A DNA stretch of 64,000 nucleotides from an uncultured cyanobacterium (GTDB taxonomy: Bacteria; Cyanobacteriota; Cyanobacteriia; Cyanobacteriales; Nostocaceae): positions 704,001 through 768,000 of the forward strand of contig CAVUDP010000002.1 in assembly GCA_963740315.1 (NCBI GenBank), written 5' to 3'. Below the pieces are notes generated by a model, which was not told the DNA's origin, ran no database searches, and was given only the letters and a program-made list of their open reading frames with translations. The position numbers were made by a program, and so were the translations under genes. Shown piece by piece: positions 29,616 to 40,214 of the stretch. The number at the start of each line of letters is the position of its first letter. Within the stretch, counting starts at the first letter, position 1.

Positions 29616-30326
29616 TTGTTTGGGAGAACAATAGGAGTGGATGAACAACTTCAAAAACTGATTGACGAAGTATGTCGTTACGAAGAAGGTACCCCAGAAA
29701 GGCAAAAAGCTTTAAATAGGCTGCTGATAACCGTTCAACAACTTCCTGGTATAAAAAAGGATAGCCATCAAGATTATTTAGAAGCTTTAAATAAAACATG
29801 GCAATGGGTTTGTCGGAGTATTGATAAATTTCAAGCAAATCCAAGCGATTCTTTACAAGAGTGCTTGATTAAATGGATTAACGGCTATTTAAAGTGGCGT
29901 ATTAAAGATTTATATGCTCCAGATAGTAAATATACTATTAGTTTAGACCGACAAATAAATAACAATGAAGGTAAGAAATTTACTAGGCTGGATATCTTGT
30001 CACCGCAGGATAGCAGTATTACTTTAGACTTACTAGATGTTAAAATTGCTGAGATTCAAAAACGCGATCGCTTCTCTTGGGGAGAAAGAATCATCCAATT
30101 TATCGAGCAAGACGAAAAACGTCAGTTGAGCGGCTGTGGTACAAGGGTAAATCCAGAATGCAACTGTCAATTGTTAGCAAAACGGTTATTGCTGGCAAAA
30201 CCGTCTCATAAAATTGCCGATATTGCCAGAGAGTTTAATGTAAGCAATCAAACTCTATACTCTCATTGGAAAAAAAAATGCTTACCTTTACTTAAAGAAA
30301 TAGGTGTGAATTTAAGGATTAATTAA
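29616..30326 (+). CDS. Sigma-70/ECF-like (HetZ-related) DNA-binding protein
   Basis: YLEALNKTW.WVCRSIDKF..WINGYLKWRIKD (region-2-like), ISLD, C-terminal HTH IADIAREFNVSNQTLYSHW; likely GTG start at 29637. Confidence 0.7.
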   Translation: MFGRTIGVDEQLQKLIDEVCRYEEGTPERQKALNRLLITVQQLPGIKKDSHQDYLEALNKTWQWVCRSIDKFQANPSDSLQECLIKWINGYLKWRIKDLYAPDSKYTISLDRQINNNEGKKFTRLDILSPQDSSITLDLLDVKIAEIQKRDRFSWGERIIQFIEQDEKRQLSGCGTRVNPECNCQLLAKRLLLAKPSHKIADIAREFNVSNQTLYSHWKKKCLPLLKEIGVNLRIN

Positions 30327-31243
30327 TGAACAACGCGCAATCAAATCGTTTACAAATTCCTTTGGGGAAAGAAGCTCATCAAAAAGCTGAAGAATTTGCT
30401 GCGGAGCAAGAAACTGTAGAGAAAGGTAAACAAGTTTATCTGAATACTTTAGCAGTTTATGCCGTTAATAATTATCTGCAATGGCTAAATATTGAAACGG
30501 CGTTGCATCAAAGCGATAGCTGGAATTGTAGTATTAGGAAGTTCTTTGATGTTGCCGATTTAATGTTACCAAATGTTGGTAAAATAGAATGTCGTGCGGT
30601 ATTGCCTGGTGAGGATACTTTGGTTTTGCCCCAAGAGGTAACGCGAGAGCGAATTGGTTATGTGGCTGTTGGGCTAACAAAACAGTTAGATTTTGTTGAA
30701 ATATTAGGTTTTGTCTCAGCAAGAGCGATAATTGGGCATTCAGAAATAATTAAAATAAACCGATTGCAATCCCTTGATATTCTGATTGACACTATATATG
30801 GACGCAAAAATTTAGTAAATTTGTGTCAATGGTTGGAAGGAATATTCGATCGAGATTGGCAATCTCCAGAGTTAGTTTTAGCTAGTAATTTAAGAAGTGC
30901 TGCGGCTAGAACGAAGCATAATACTAATTCTATAACAAATTCGATCGGTCGCGCCAAAGTAATTAATGTTGGCAGACAGGTAGTTACATTAATGGAATTA
31001 ACGCCAACAAACAGTGCGTTTTTTGACATTCGTTTGCGGGTTTATCCGGCGGAAAATACCATTCATCTACCTAAAAATTTGCAACTTACTATCTTTGATG
31101 AATCGGGAAATGCTTGTATGAAAACTCAAGCAGAAAACAATGATGATTGGATGCAGCTTGAATTTAGCTGTCAACATGAAGAGAAATTCAGCGTGGAATT
31201 GAAGTTAGGGGAAACAAGTATTACCGAAGAGTTTGTTGTTTAA
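30326..31243 (+). CDS. DUF1822 family protein
   Basis: KQVYLNTLAVYAV..YLQW, SDSW, DVADL, GKIECR, RIGYVAV, VNL.QW, LP..LQL, FSVEL..EEFVV; TAATG overlap with upstream stop. Confidence 0.85.
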   Translation: MNNAQSNRLQIPLGKEAHQKAEEFAAEQETVEKGKQVYLNTLAVYAVNNYLQWLNIETALHQSDSWNCSIRKFFDVADLMLPNVGKIECRAVLPGEDTLVLPQEVTRERIGYVAVGLTKQLDFVEILGFVSARAIIGHSEIIKINRLQSLDILIDTIYGRKNLVNLCQWLEGIFDRDWQSPELVLASNLRSAAARTKHNTNSITNSIGRAKVINVGRQVVTLMELTPTNSAFFDIRLRVYPAENTIHLPKNLQLTIFDESGNACMKTQAENNDDWMQLEFSCQHEEKFSVELKLGETSITEEFVV

Positions 31244-31269
31244 ATGCATCAAACAATAGAGAGATTATT

Positions 31270-33483
31270 ATGGCAATTGTAAAACTTAAACTCAGGGAAA
31301 GCAAGCAAGGATTTCAGGTAGATTTAACTGCAAAGCAACTAGACGTTGAAACAGAGGGATTTTTACCTGCTCTACCACCGCAGTTGGAATTATCTTTTAA
31401 CGATTGGCAACTCGCTTACCGTCAAATTGATGCAGTGCGCTCTGTTTTCACTTCGCGTCAACTACGTATTACTCCTAAAAGCGTAACCAAATATTCCAGC
31501 GCCCAGCATACAACCTCGGTTAAAGAAGGTTTAAATCAATGGCTTAATTGTGGCGATCGCAGATGGTTGCCCGTGCGGGATAAATTAATTGCGATCGCTC
31601 AGCAGTTGCATCAAAAAAATGAGGAAATACGCATCATAATTGATGCTCGCGACGTTAACTTACGCCGCCTTCCTTGGCAAGAATGGAATTTATTTGAAGA
31701 ATATTATCCCCAGGTAGAAATTGCCCTGAGTGCGCCAAAAAGTACCTATCAAAAAACAGATTACCTACTTCCTCAAAGCTCAAAAATTAGAATTTTAGTT
31801 GCTGTCGGTAGAAGCGACGGTATTAATACCAAAGATGATTTAGAAGTAATTCAAGAGTTAGAACAACATGGTGCAGAAGTTGTTTGTTTAATGCAACCTA
31901 CCCCTAAAGAATTATGTAGCGCTTTGTGGGATGAACAAGGATATCATATTTTTATATTTACAGGACACAGTGGAAGTAGAGAAGATGGGGATATTGGTTG
32001 GATTGAACTTAACGATAATGACAGTTTGAGTATTGAGCAATTCAAAGAAGCTTTGAAACAAGCTATCAACCTGGGGTTACAGTTAGCAATTTTCAATTCC
32101 TGCGATGGTTTGGGGTTAGCAAATCAACTAGCACAACTGCATCTACCTCGGTGTATTGTGATGCGGGAACCCGTACCTGATAAAGTTGCAGTCGAATTTT
32201 TAAAGAACTTTTTCCAAGAATTTACGGGCGATCGATCTCTTTCCACAGCTTTAAATAAAGCTCGCAAACGTCTAGAACATTTCAATTTAGAATATCCCGG
32301 TGCAATTTGGCTTCCTACAATTTGCATTGCATCTAATGTAGAACCGTTAACTTGGGAATCGCTGAGTACGGGGAACGGTAGCTATGTAAAAGTTGATGAG
32401 AGTGACTCGAAATCGAAGAAAAATAACGTTATTAAACCATTAATATTAATAAGTGTTTTAGTTATCGGTGGTATTGGTGCTTGGGGTTGGAAGCTATCTT
32501 TAGAGTCTTCGCAAAAAACATTAATAGAAATTATCTTATCAAAACTTACTCACGATTCAAAATTAAGTCCGGAAAATATTTCGGGAACATTCCGCTACGG
32601 AGGAAGCACAAGTTGGGCACCTATTCAAGATAAAGTTAAAAATGTATTCGAGATACTTTATCCTAATTTTGAACTCGAATATATTAAGCCTAGTCAAGAT
32701 AATTATGGTTCGACTACTGGCATTAAAATGCTTTTGAATGACGAACTTGATTTTGCACTGTCTTCTCGTAATCTTACGCCTGAAGAACAAAAAATTGCAG
32801 CAAAGAAAGGCTTTGTTTTAGTTCAAATTCCTGTAGCTATCGATGCAATTGCAGTAGTTGTAAACCATAGCCTCAACGTTGATGAATTAACATTAACCCA
32901 ACTTGAAGGTATCTATACCGGCGAGATTTATAATTGGAAAGATTTAGGCGGATCGGACTTACCAATAATACCTTATTCTCGAAGTGAAGCAGGAGGTACT
33001 GTAGGATATTTTATCGAAGACGTTTTGAGAGGCAAAAAATTTAGTAATAACCTTAAATTCGTTCCTACAACTACAAAAGGTGTAAGTGAAGTAGCAGCAA
33101 ACGACGGAGGTATTTACTATGCTTCAGCTTCAGAGGTGGTTAATCAATGTAGTGTAAAATCTTTGAAACTAGGAAAAACAAAGAGTAATATAGTTGCTCC
33201 ATACCAACAACCACTTATTCCTCGTTCTGATTGCAGCAATACAAATCGGAATAAAGTAAATCTCGATCAATTTTCCAATCACGAATATCCTATCACCAGA
33301 TCGTTGTATGTAATTTACAAAGAAGTTTCTGTTAATAAAGAAGAACCTGATTTAGATCATGGTTTGAATTCAAAAGAAAAAACTAAAAGCGCTGCCCAAG
33401 CTGCTCAAGCTTATGCAAATTGGTTAAGAACAAATCAAGGTAAACAACTATTAGAAAAAGCAGGGTTTGCTTCAAACTTTTAA
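31270..33483 (+). CDS. CHAT (caspase-like) protease - TM - PstS-like binding domain fusion
   Basis: LRRLPWQEW, FTGHS (His), FNSCDG (Cys), VMREPV, WLP; TM LILISVLVIGGIGAWGW; GGSTSWAP, IDAIAVVVN, YPITRSLY. Confidence 0.88.
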   Translation: MAIVKLKLRESKQGFQVDLTAKQLDVETEGFLPALPPQLELSFNDWQLAYRQIDAVRSVFTSRQLRITPKSVTKYSSAQHTTSVKEGLNQWLNCGDRRWLPVRDKLIAIAQQLHQKNEEIRIIIDARDVNLRRLPWQEWNLFEEYYPQVEIALSAPKSTYQKTDYLLPQSSKIRILVAVGRSDGINTKDDLEVIQELEQHGAEVVCLMQPTPKELCSALWDEQGYHIFIFTGHSGSREDGDIGWIELNDNDSLSIEQFKEALKQAINLGLQLAIFNSCDGLGLANQLAQLHLPRCIVMREPVPDKVAVEFLKNFFQEFTGDRSLSTALNKARKRLEHFNLEYPGAIWLPTICIASNVEPLTWESLSTGNGSYVKVDESDSKSKKNNVIKPLILISVLVIGGIGAWGWKLSLESSQKTLIEIILSKLTHDSKLSPENISGTFRYGGSTSWAPIQDKVKNVFEILYPNFELEYIKPSQDNYGSTTGIKMLLNDELDFALSSRNLTPEEQKIAAKKGFVLVQIPVAIDAIAVVVNHSLNVDELTLTQLEGIYTGEIYNWKDLGGSDLPIIPYSRSEAGGTVGYFIEDVLRGKKFSNNLKFVPTTTKGVSEVAANDGGIYYASASEVVNQCSVKSLKLGKTKSNIVAPYQQPLIPRSDCSNTNRNKVNLDQFSNHEYPITRSLYVIYKEVSVNKEEPDLDHGLNSKEKTKSAAQAAQAYANWLRTNQGKQLLEKAGFASNF

Positions 33484-33566
33484 TGTGGGTTTTACTTCAA
33501 TGCCGATAGTATTTGTAGAAGTTTTGAATTTTATAGCCTCAGACTTATAGTCTAAAGGCATAATAT

Positions 33567-34262
33567 TCATCTCAACCTATTAATTGCAATTTCGATAGGA
33601 TTTTCTTTCATATTATTTTCTAACTGAAAAGAATTAAAAAAATGCTTTGCATCTCCGGCTTTATAATCGGAAACATCTAAAAGATACAGCCTTTTACCCA
33701 CCAAAAATAAACGACTTTTAGCAGTTGTTTCTTGATTTTCATTCTGATACTCTACTTCTATACCCGGATATTTACCTAATCTAATATTGTTTTTATTTAG
33801 TAACTTTATGTCAGTGCCTAAAAAATCTTTTAAAAAATCATTATAAACTTCATTCAACGGTAAGTGATCTAAGTTTGTCCGATAATCTACATAACCAACT
33901 ATATACGAGCTTTTTTTAGTATCCGCATAATAAATATTGATCGAATAATCTTCACTTTTAGAATTCAAGTTAGTTACAGATGTATCGGGTACAAAGATCG
34001 AAAAATTCCCCTCATCTGAATAAAACTCTTTCCATCCGGAAGTTGCTACTACAGAATTATCAGTATTAACTTGGGTAAACAGTGAAATAAATTCCACTTG
34101 TAGTTGCTTAGGAGAAAATGCAATTGCTGCACTAACTTTTGAAGTATATGCTATTACACCTAATCCAAGCATTACAACATTTACTGATAATCTATTCATT
34201 TTCCTGTCTCCTGCAATACTGGAACAATGCTTTGGTACAAATCTTAATACAGCTAATATCAA
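33567..34262 (-). CDS. Exported hypothetical protein
   Basis: WKEFYSDEGNFSIFVP, YPGIE, RLFLVGKRLY, FFNSFQL; start likely MNRL (34199). Confidence 0.7.
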   Translation of the reverse strand: MILAVLRFVPKHCSSIAGDRKMNRLSVNVVMLGLGVIAYTSKVSAAIAFSPKQLQVEFISLFTQVNTDNSVVATSGWKEFYSDEGNFSIFVPDTSVTNLNSKSEDYSINIYYADTKKSSYIVGYVDYRTNLDHLPLNEVYNDFLKDFLGTDIKLLNKNNIRLGKYPGIEVEYQNENQETTAKSRLFLVGKRLYLLDVSDYKAGDAKHFFNSFQLENNMKENPIEIAINRLR

Positions 34263-34567
34263 TTCAAATCACTACGATTATTTTAATTTACCGAATAATT
34301 TTTATTTACATATCAGCACAATGTAGGATTTTTACGAAAACCATCCATGATTATGCCTATTAATTACCGCTTTTTGTAGTTAAGCATAAAATAAAATAAA
34401 TAAAATTAAGACGTTACGTCATGTAACGCCCACATATTTAGATTACTGAATAAATTTATACAAAAGTGTAAAAATTGAATTAATATCAAATGTAAATAAA
34501 GCATCACTTCAATTATTGTGATGCCACAATCATCCCTATTTAATATCAGATAAGCAATTACGAAATG

Positions 34568-35254
34568 CTAATCAATCAAACCTTCTTCTCTTGCCCGAAT
34601 ATGGGTTATAACTCGAAGATTTTTTCCTTGATTTCTTAATTCTTCAACATTAATATCTAACATAACTTGTAATTTAAACCAATAATGACGCACCATACGC
34701 TCGGAAACACAGATATGTGCGGCAATTGCTTTATCTTGGAATCCTTCTTCAAATGCTAAATTAAGCAGCCTTATCCACTCCGGTTTAATTTCCAACCCAG
34801 AATTAATTGCTTTGATACCTTTGGTATGAGTTAATCCTTGCATTGCCCAATCGACTCTTTGTAATGTTTCCTGAGTAGTAAGAGATTTATCTGCAACTAC
34901 AAAACCTGATGGATGATTATCAATTTCCGACTTCATTCTTACTAAAGTTTTGATACAGGTGCTTTGTACGAGAATATTAATTTGGGGATAGTCACTTAAT
35001 AATTTCTGAAGTAGTTGCATTCCATTATTAATTCGGGTTGCCTCCCCTACATTTTGTGCAATGCAAATGTCAGTAATAACTAACTCTGGCTTAAATATTT
35101 CAACTTGATACAAAGCATTTTCTACAGTTGTAGCAGCGTGAATTACAGCATTCGGATAATAGGAACGCAATATTTTGATCGTGCCATTCAGAAATATTTC
35201 GTAGCTCTCAACGATCAAAATTTTAGGAGATACTTTTTTTTGTATTTGGTTCAT
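34568..35254 (-). CDS. Response regulator with C-terminal HTH (NarL-like, atypical receiver)
   Basis: ILIVE, PELVITDI, VADKS, GFQDKAIA..VSERMVRHYW. Confidence 0.85.
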   Translation of the reverse strand: MNQIQKKVSPKILIVESYEIFLNGTIKILRSYYPNAVIHAATTVENALYQVEIFKPELVITDICIAQNVGEATRINNGMQLLQKLLSDYPQINILVQSTCIKTLVRMKSEIDNHPSGFVVADKSLTTQETLQRVDWAMQGLTHTKGIKAINSGLEIKPEWIRLLNLAFEEGFQDKAIAAHICVSERMVRHYWFKLQVMLDINVEELRNQGKNLRVITHIRAREEGLID

Positions 35255-35941
35255 ATTTAGTTACTCTTGATATAGTTTGTTTTCCCGGAGCAAGCACCAT
35301 TCTGACTGATGCTAAAAGAAACCGGGTTGCTCGTCGAAATGCTTTGTTTGGGATACATATAGCACTTAGCAAAAAAGCACATTTTTATTGTAGGGGAGGC
35401 AAAAAGCGGTGTAGATTCTCTTCCCGCTTTATTGAGGCAAAATTGGGTGTAGATTTTCTTCCCCAATTATTGCCGTGCCGTTGTGTGACGCACCGAGTTA
35501 ATTTGAACGTAGCAACGTCGGTTTGTAGCGTCACGCACCATCAACCAGTTGTGACAACACCGTAAGTCCTGGTAGTTTAAAAAACCCCGATCCAAATAGT
35601 TATACGCCCTTGAAATTGGAAACTAAAATCAACTGCAATTCCTCACCTCAAAAATAAAATATTTCATAATTTAGTAGCGATCGCTTACCTTGATACTGTA
35701 TTTCTCATCGTCATCTATACTCTTCTTTTTTACACTATAACTCCGTAATATTGCTACTAATAGCTATCCATACAACATTTTACATGAAAATTCCGTAAAG
35801 CTCTTAAAGACTCTGAAAAAGAAGTTTAGCTCAAAAAACGGAGAAAAGTATAAACTCTTCCCCGCTTGGTAATTTATGCCTTATTTTTTTGTTGGAACAC
35901 ACTAATAGCCGCTTGAGGCAAAATCAAATTTTTTACGTTGT

Positions 35942-36418
35942 TTAGAAACGATAGCCAAGCCCAATACCGAATACAGCATCAGCATCATTATCTAAAGGAA
36001 CCTTTAAATCGCCGAAAACTACTACATTTGTGGCAATTTCTGTTTCTGCACCACCATTGAGAAACGCCTCCGAATCACCCTCACCAAAAGCTAAACCAGC
36101 GCCAGCATAAGCATTTGCCTTTTCAGAGATTGGTAAATCATAGGTAACTGCTGGTGCAAATTGAGTAAAAGTGCTGCCAGAAACATCTGTTACATCTACA
36201 CTACCTCGCACGGAGATTGGTAACTGGCGAACATCATAACGTCCGTAAACGTTAACCCCAGTGATTCCGCTTCCAGTTTGAAAACTACCACCAACGTAGC
36301 TTCCTTCCAAACCTTTTTTGGATTGAGCGTTAGCAGACAATGTAGATGCGAAAGTCAAAGCACAAGCGATCGCCGACACAGCAGAGACTTTTGCAGCAGA
36401 TTTAAGAAACTGTCGCAT
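35942..36418 (-). CDS. Outer-membrane beta-barrel protein
   Basis: Signal peptide, SYVG, PISVRG, VTYDLPI, C-terminal GLGYRF. Confidence 0.8.
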   Translation of the reverse strand: MRQFLKSAAKVSAVSAIACALTFASTLSANAQSKKGLEGSYVGGSFQTGSGITGVNVYGRYDVRQLPISVRGSVDVTDVSGSTFTQFAPAVTYDLPISEKANAYAGAGLAFGEGDSEAFLNGGAETEIATNVVVFGDLKVPLDNDADAVFGIGLGYRF

Positions 36419-36826
36419 AATATTGCCTAAGTATAAATTTTGAATACAATCGGATATCTTCGGAATTCAAAAGATGCTTTTTATTCCGAGTGCTTAGAAT
36501 ATTAGCTCAGTAATTTTTCTGGTGTCGGTATGGAAAACAACTTATATAAAAGATTCTTTATTACTCTGAATAACTCCTAAAATTAGACAAGATTTTGTAA
36601 GGCAATAATTTGAAAGCAGAAGAAAGCAAAAGAAAATAGTAATGGCGTTAAAAGAAATTCTCAACGCCCAATTTTCAATTATAAATTTTATAGCTACATT
36701 AAATAATTTTAGAAACCTATCTAATTTAAACCCTTTACGATCTCTTTAAACTCCGAATAGCTCCGAATACAGTGCAAAGTAAAAATTAGAATGTAGAATA
36801 TATTCAGCCAACATAATCTTAAGCAA

Positions 36827-39130
36827 ATGTTCCCAAGCGATTTTTTGACTGAAATGGCGCACAAGCACGAGCTTTCTCAAGATCAAGAAGAAGTTTTTTT
36901 GATGCGAATGGGAAATGGTCAAAGCTACGAAGAAATAGCCTCCGAATTGGGTACTTCTGCTGATGCTTGTCTGAAAAGGATGGGACAAGTTTATAAAAAG
37001 TTTAAGGTGAGCGGTAGTAGCCGAGGTAAAGAAAATCGTTTGCGAATTTTCTTAACTAGAGAATGGGAACAACTTAAAACCAATCGAGATGAACATAACT
37101 CCGAATTATTGGTAAATACTCAGCAATTAGATGCAAATACTCTTAAAGAGGTAGAAAGCGAATCTCCTGTAGTTCCTATAGTACAGAACTTACCAGCGCG
37201 GGAATATACAACTTTCGTCGGACGCGATCGCGAAATTACCCGATTGATGGAACTATTAGATTACGCACATTCTGCACATTTAATCAGTGTAGATGGTATT
37301 GGTGGGGTAGGTAAAACTACTTTGGTGGTAGAAGCAGCTTATAGATGTAAGGATGCATCAAACAAATATTCCAATCTGCCTACTTTTGAAACCATAATCT
37401 TTACATCCGCAAAACTTAATCATCTTACTTCTATGGGGCTTTTACCGCGATTAGCTCCTACTAAAACTTTACGCGATATCTGTCGAGAAATTGCTCGTGT
37501 TTTGGAGTTTTCGGAAATAAATAATTTACCTTTGCCAGAACAAATTGAGGTAATTCGTAACAAACTTTCGCAGACTGAAACTCTATTAATTGTTGACAAT
37601 TTAGAAACTATTGAAGATAAGCAAGAAGTTCTTTCCTTTTTGTACGATTTACCACCAACGGTAAAGGTAATTATTACTACCCGCGAACAAACTTTATTTG
37701 TCCCGATTCGTCTTAATTCTCTACCGAAAGAACATGGTTTGCGGCTTATTCAACATGAAGCTAAAGAAAAAGGTGTTGAGTTAACTAAAGAACAATCACA
37801 GCAACTTTATGAAGCCGTAAGTGGAGTACCAGCGGCGATGATTTACGCGATCGGACAGATGGCGGCTGGTTATTTACTCGAAGATGTACTGGTATTAATT
37901 AAACATCCTCAAGGTGATATTGCTCGTTTTTGCTTTACCACTTCCGTAGATCCTCTGAGAAACTCGCCACCTCATTATCTATTAATGGGACTAACTCTTT
38001 TCGTGCAACCAGTTACTAGAGAAACCATTGGCTTCATTGTTTTTGAAAATCCAGATCCGATCGCAATATCTCAAAGTTTAGTAAAGTTGCAACAACTTTC
38101 CTTAATTTATCAACAACAGGGGCGTTATAGTACTTCTGCCCTAACTCGCGAATATGCTTGGGCCCAATTAGCTGCAAATGCTGAATTTGAGCAGCAATTA
38201 CGCCAGCGTTGGTTAGATTGGTACCTTAAATTTTCCGAATCATTTGGGGATAAAGATTGGAACGAATGGCATCTAAGCTATGAATATTTAGAAGCCGAAT
38301 GGGAAAATCTGCAAGCAGTATTGGAATGGTGTATTACGAGCGCCCGATATTCTGAAGTAAAAACATTATGGCAGCGTATAAAAGGATATATTCATGTACG
38401 TGGATATTGGGATGAACGTTTAGAGTGGGGTGCTTGGTTGATTGAGGCTGCAAAGCAAGCAGGCGATTGGACAACAGCCTTAGAAGCAATGTGCGATCGC
38501 GCTTGGACTTTGGTAAGAATGCGCTCTTTGCCTCAGTTGCAAGAAGCACAGGTGTTATTACAAGAAGCTTGGGATTTACGCCAGCATCAAACCGTAAGCT
38601 TTCAGTTAGAATTAGCTGCAAACATGGTAATTTTGCACGTTCATCTTTCACAATTGCAGCAAGCACAAAAATGGATCGAAGTGAAAAAACAGCTATTAAA
38701 AAAAGCTAAACTTAGTCAATCGGAATATCATTCACAGCAAGTTCAGATTTTGTATTATCAAGGACAAATATTTTATCGAGAAGGTGATTATCAACAAGCA
38801 CAAACAACTTTCGAGCAAGCATTATTAAAAGCACAACAAATAGAATGGCAAAAAGCAACCGCAGCTATTCAAAATTGGTTGGCTGATATTGCACTATTAA
38901 ATGGTGATTTAGCTTTATCTCGGCAACTGTTAGAATTTAGCTTACCAATGGCACAAAGGAATAAAGATAAGCGGGTTATTGCTTTCCATAAAGCAACATT
39001 TGCTAAACTCGAAAAAACTTGTGGAAATGGTTTTCTTGCTCATCGTTTGGCAAAAGAAGCGGCGGAAAGCTTTGAAAGTTTAAAAATGAGTGCAGAAGCC
39101 CAAGAAATGTATGCTTTACTTGCCAATTAA
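36827..39130 (+). CDS. HTH - NB-ARC (STAND ATPase) - TPR protein
   Basis: N-terminal HTH (SYEEIASELG), NLP..FVGR, Walker A GIGGVGKT, Walker B LLIVDNLE, IITTRE, GVP; helical TPR-like C-terminus. Confidence 0.88.
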   Translation: MFPSDFLTEMAHKHELSQDQEEVFLMRMGNGQSYEEIASELGTSADACLKRMGQVYKKFKVSGSSRGKENRLRIFLTREWEQLKTNRDEHNSELLVNTQQLDANTLKEVESESPVVPIVQNLPAREYTTFVGRDREITRLMELLDYAHSAHLISVDGIGGVGKTTLVVEAAYRCKDASNKYSNLPTFETIIFTSAKLNHLTSMGLLPRLAPTKTLRDICREIARVLEFSEINNLPLPEQIEVIRNKLSQTETLLIVDNLETIEDKQEVLSFLYDLPPTVKVIITTREQTLFVPIRLNSLPKEHGLRLIQHEAKEKGVELTKEQSQQLYEAVSGVPAAMIYAIGQMAAGYLLEDVLVLIKHPQGDIARFCFTTSVDPLRNSPPHYLLMGLTLFVQPVTRETIGFIVFENPDPIAISQSLVKLQQLSLIYQQQGRYSTSALTREYAWAQLAANAEFEQQLRQRWLDWYLKFSESFGDKDWNEWHLSYEYLEAEWENLQAVLEWCITSARYSEVKTLWQRIKGYIHVRGYWDERLEWGAWLIEAAKQAGDWTTALEAMCDRAWTLVRMRSLPQLQEAQVLLQEAWDLRQHQTVSFQLELAANMVILHVHLSQLQQAQKWIEVKKQLLKKAKLSQSEYHSQQVQILYYQGQIFYREGDYQQAQTTFEQALLKAQQIEWQKATAAIQNWLADIALLNGDLALSRQLLEFSLPMAQRNKDKRVIAFHKATFAKLEKTCGNGFLAHRLAKEAAESFESLKMSAEAQEMYALLAN

Positions 39131-39216
39131 AATATTGGGGATTGGGGATTGGGCATTGGATATTTTAAATTCTATTAATAATCCCATGCCAATTACCCAC
39201 TACCATATTTTAATAT

Positions 39217-39699
39217 TTAATTTAATAAAGCATTAGGAATAATTGGTAAATCAGCACAAGCCGCAGGGTTTGTATCGATAGGTAAATCAGCACAAGCAGC
39301 AAGGTTAACAGATGTGTTATCTAGAACTCCTACTCCGAAAAACTCTTCAAATAAAGCTTTCGTTACACTAAAAGCTCGTGCGTAAACTTGATGTGTTTCT
39401 GGATTTTGTTCGCCGTCAATAGCGGAACAATGATTTAGAATGTAACCAAAAATATAATAGCAGTCTCGAATATATTTGAGTAAATTCACCTCAATATGAG
39501 CGTGCCAAACTGCATCAATTTCTTGAGTGGGAACCAATATTGCAGCAGGATAAACTGACTTGAGGTATAAGTACAGTTTGTAACGTTTAATTGCCACTTG
39601 CGTTTTTTCTTTTGTCCATTCCTGAGAAAACATAAGTTTATTGGCAACCGGCTGTAAATCTAAGTTATTCACCCGATCGAAAAAAGTAACAATTTTCAT
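39217..39699 (-). CDS. Glycine-rich-domain-protein-like (DUF1399-type) protein with repeated C-terminal motif
   Basis: AIKRYKLYLYL, LVPTQEIDAVWHAHI..Y..DC; AACADLPI twice at C-terminus. Confidence 0.7.
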   Translation of the reverse strand: MKIVTFFDRVNNLDLQPVANKLMFSQEWTKEKTQVAIKRYKLYLYLKSVYPAAILVPTQEIDAVWHAHIEVNLLKYIRDCYYIFGYILNHCSAIDGEQNPETHQVYARAFSVTKALFEEFFGVGVLDNTSVNLAACADLPIDTNPAACADLPIIPNALLN

Positions 39700-40214
39700 T
39701 AGTTTTATGACTTTAATAAAAGTATGTGGAAGGATGATTTAGTTTTAATAATCATCGACATTTAATTATCAGGAGGTTTCAAGTGTTTTTACGAAAAGTT
39801 TGAGGATTTTTTATACTTTTTTGGCTAAAAAATACCGATCCAATCGACAAAAATGAAACAAAATTCGGTTTGCGATCGCGGTAGTCAGAAAGCTCGCCGA
39901 TAATATCAAAATTTTGAGGACAAAAATTAAATATTGTTTAATACAAGGCTAAATCTGTTAAATAGCTAAAAACTAGCCTTTAATTTAACAGCGTTTTTTC
40001 ATAAATTTGCAGTGACAGACTGATTAAGTAGTATACAAACTGCTAAAAAATCTGCCTTGATTCCCATCCTAAATATGAAAAGGATGGCAAGAATGCTATC
40101 TATGACATATTTCTAACAAGATTTTTATCTTTTACGCATTTAAGGGAATTCTATAAACATCAGTCTTTTTTTTTCTATGAACCCCTAAGTAAATTTACTA
40201 CCACTTTCAGCTTT

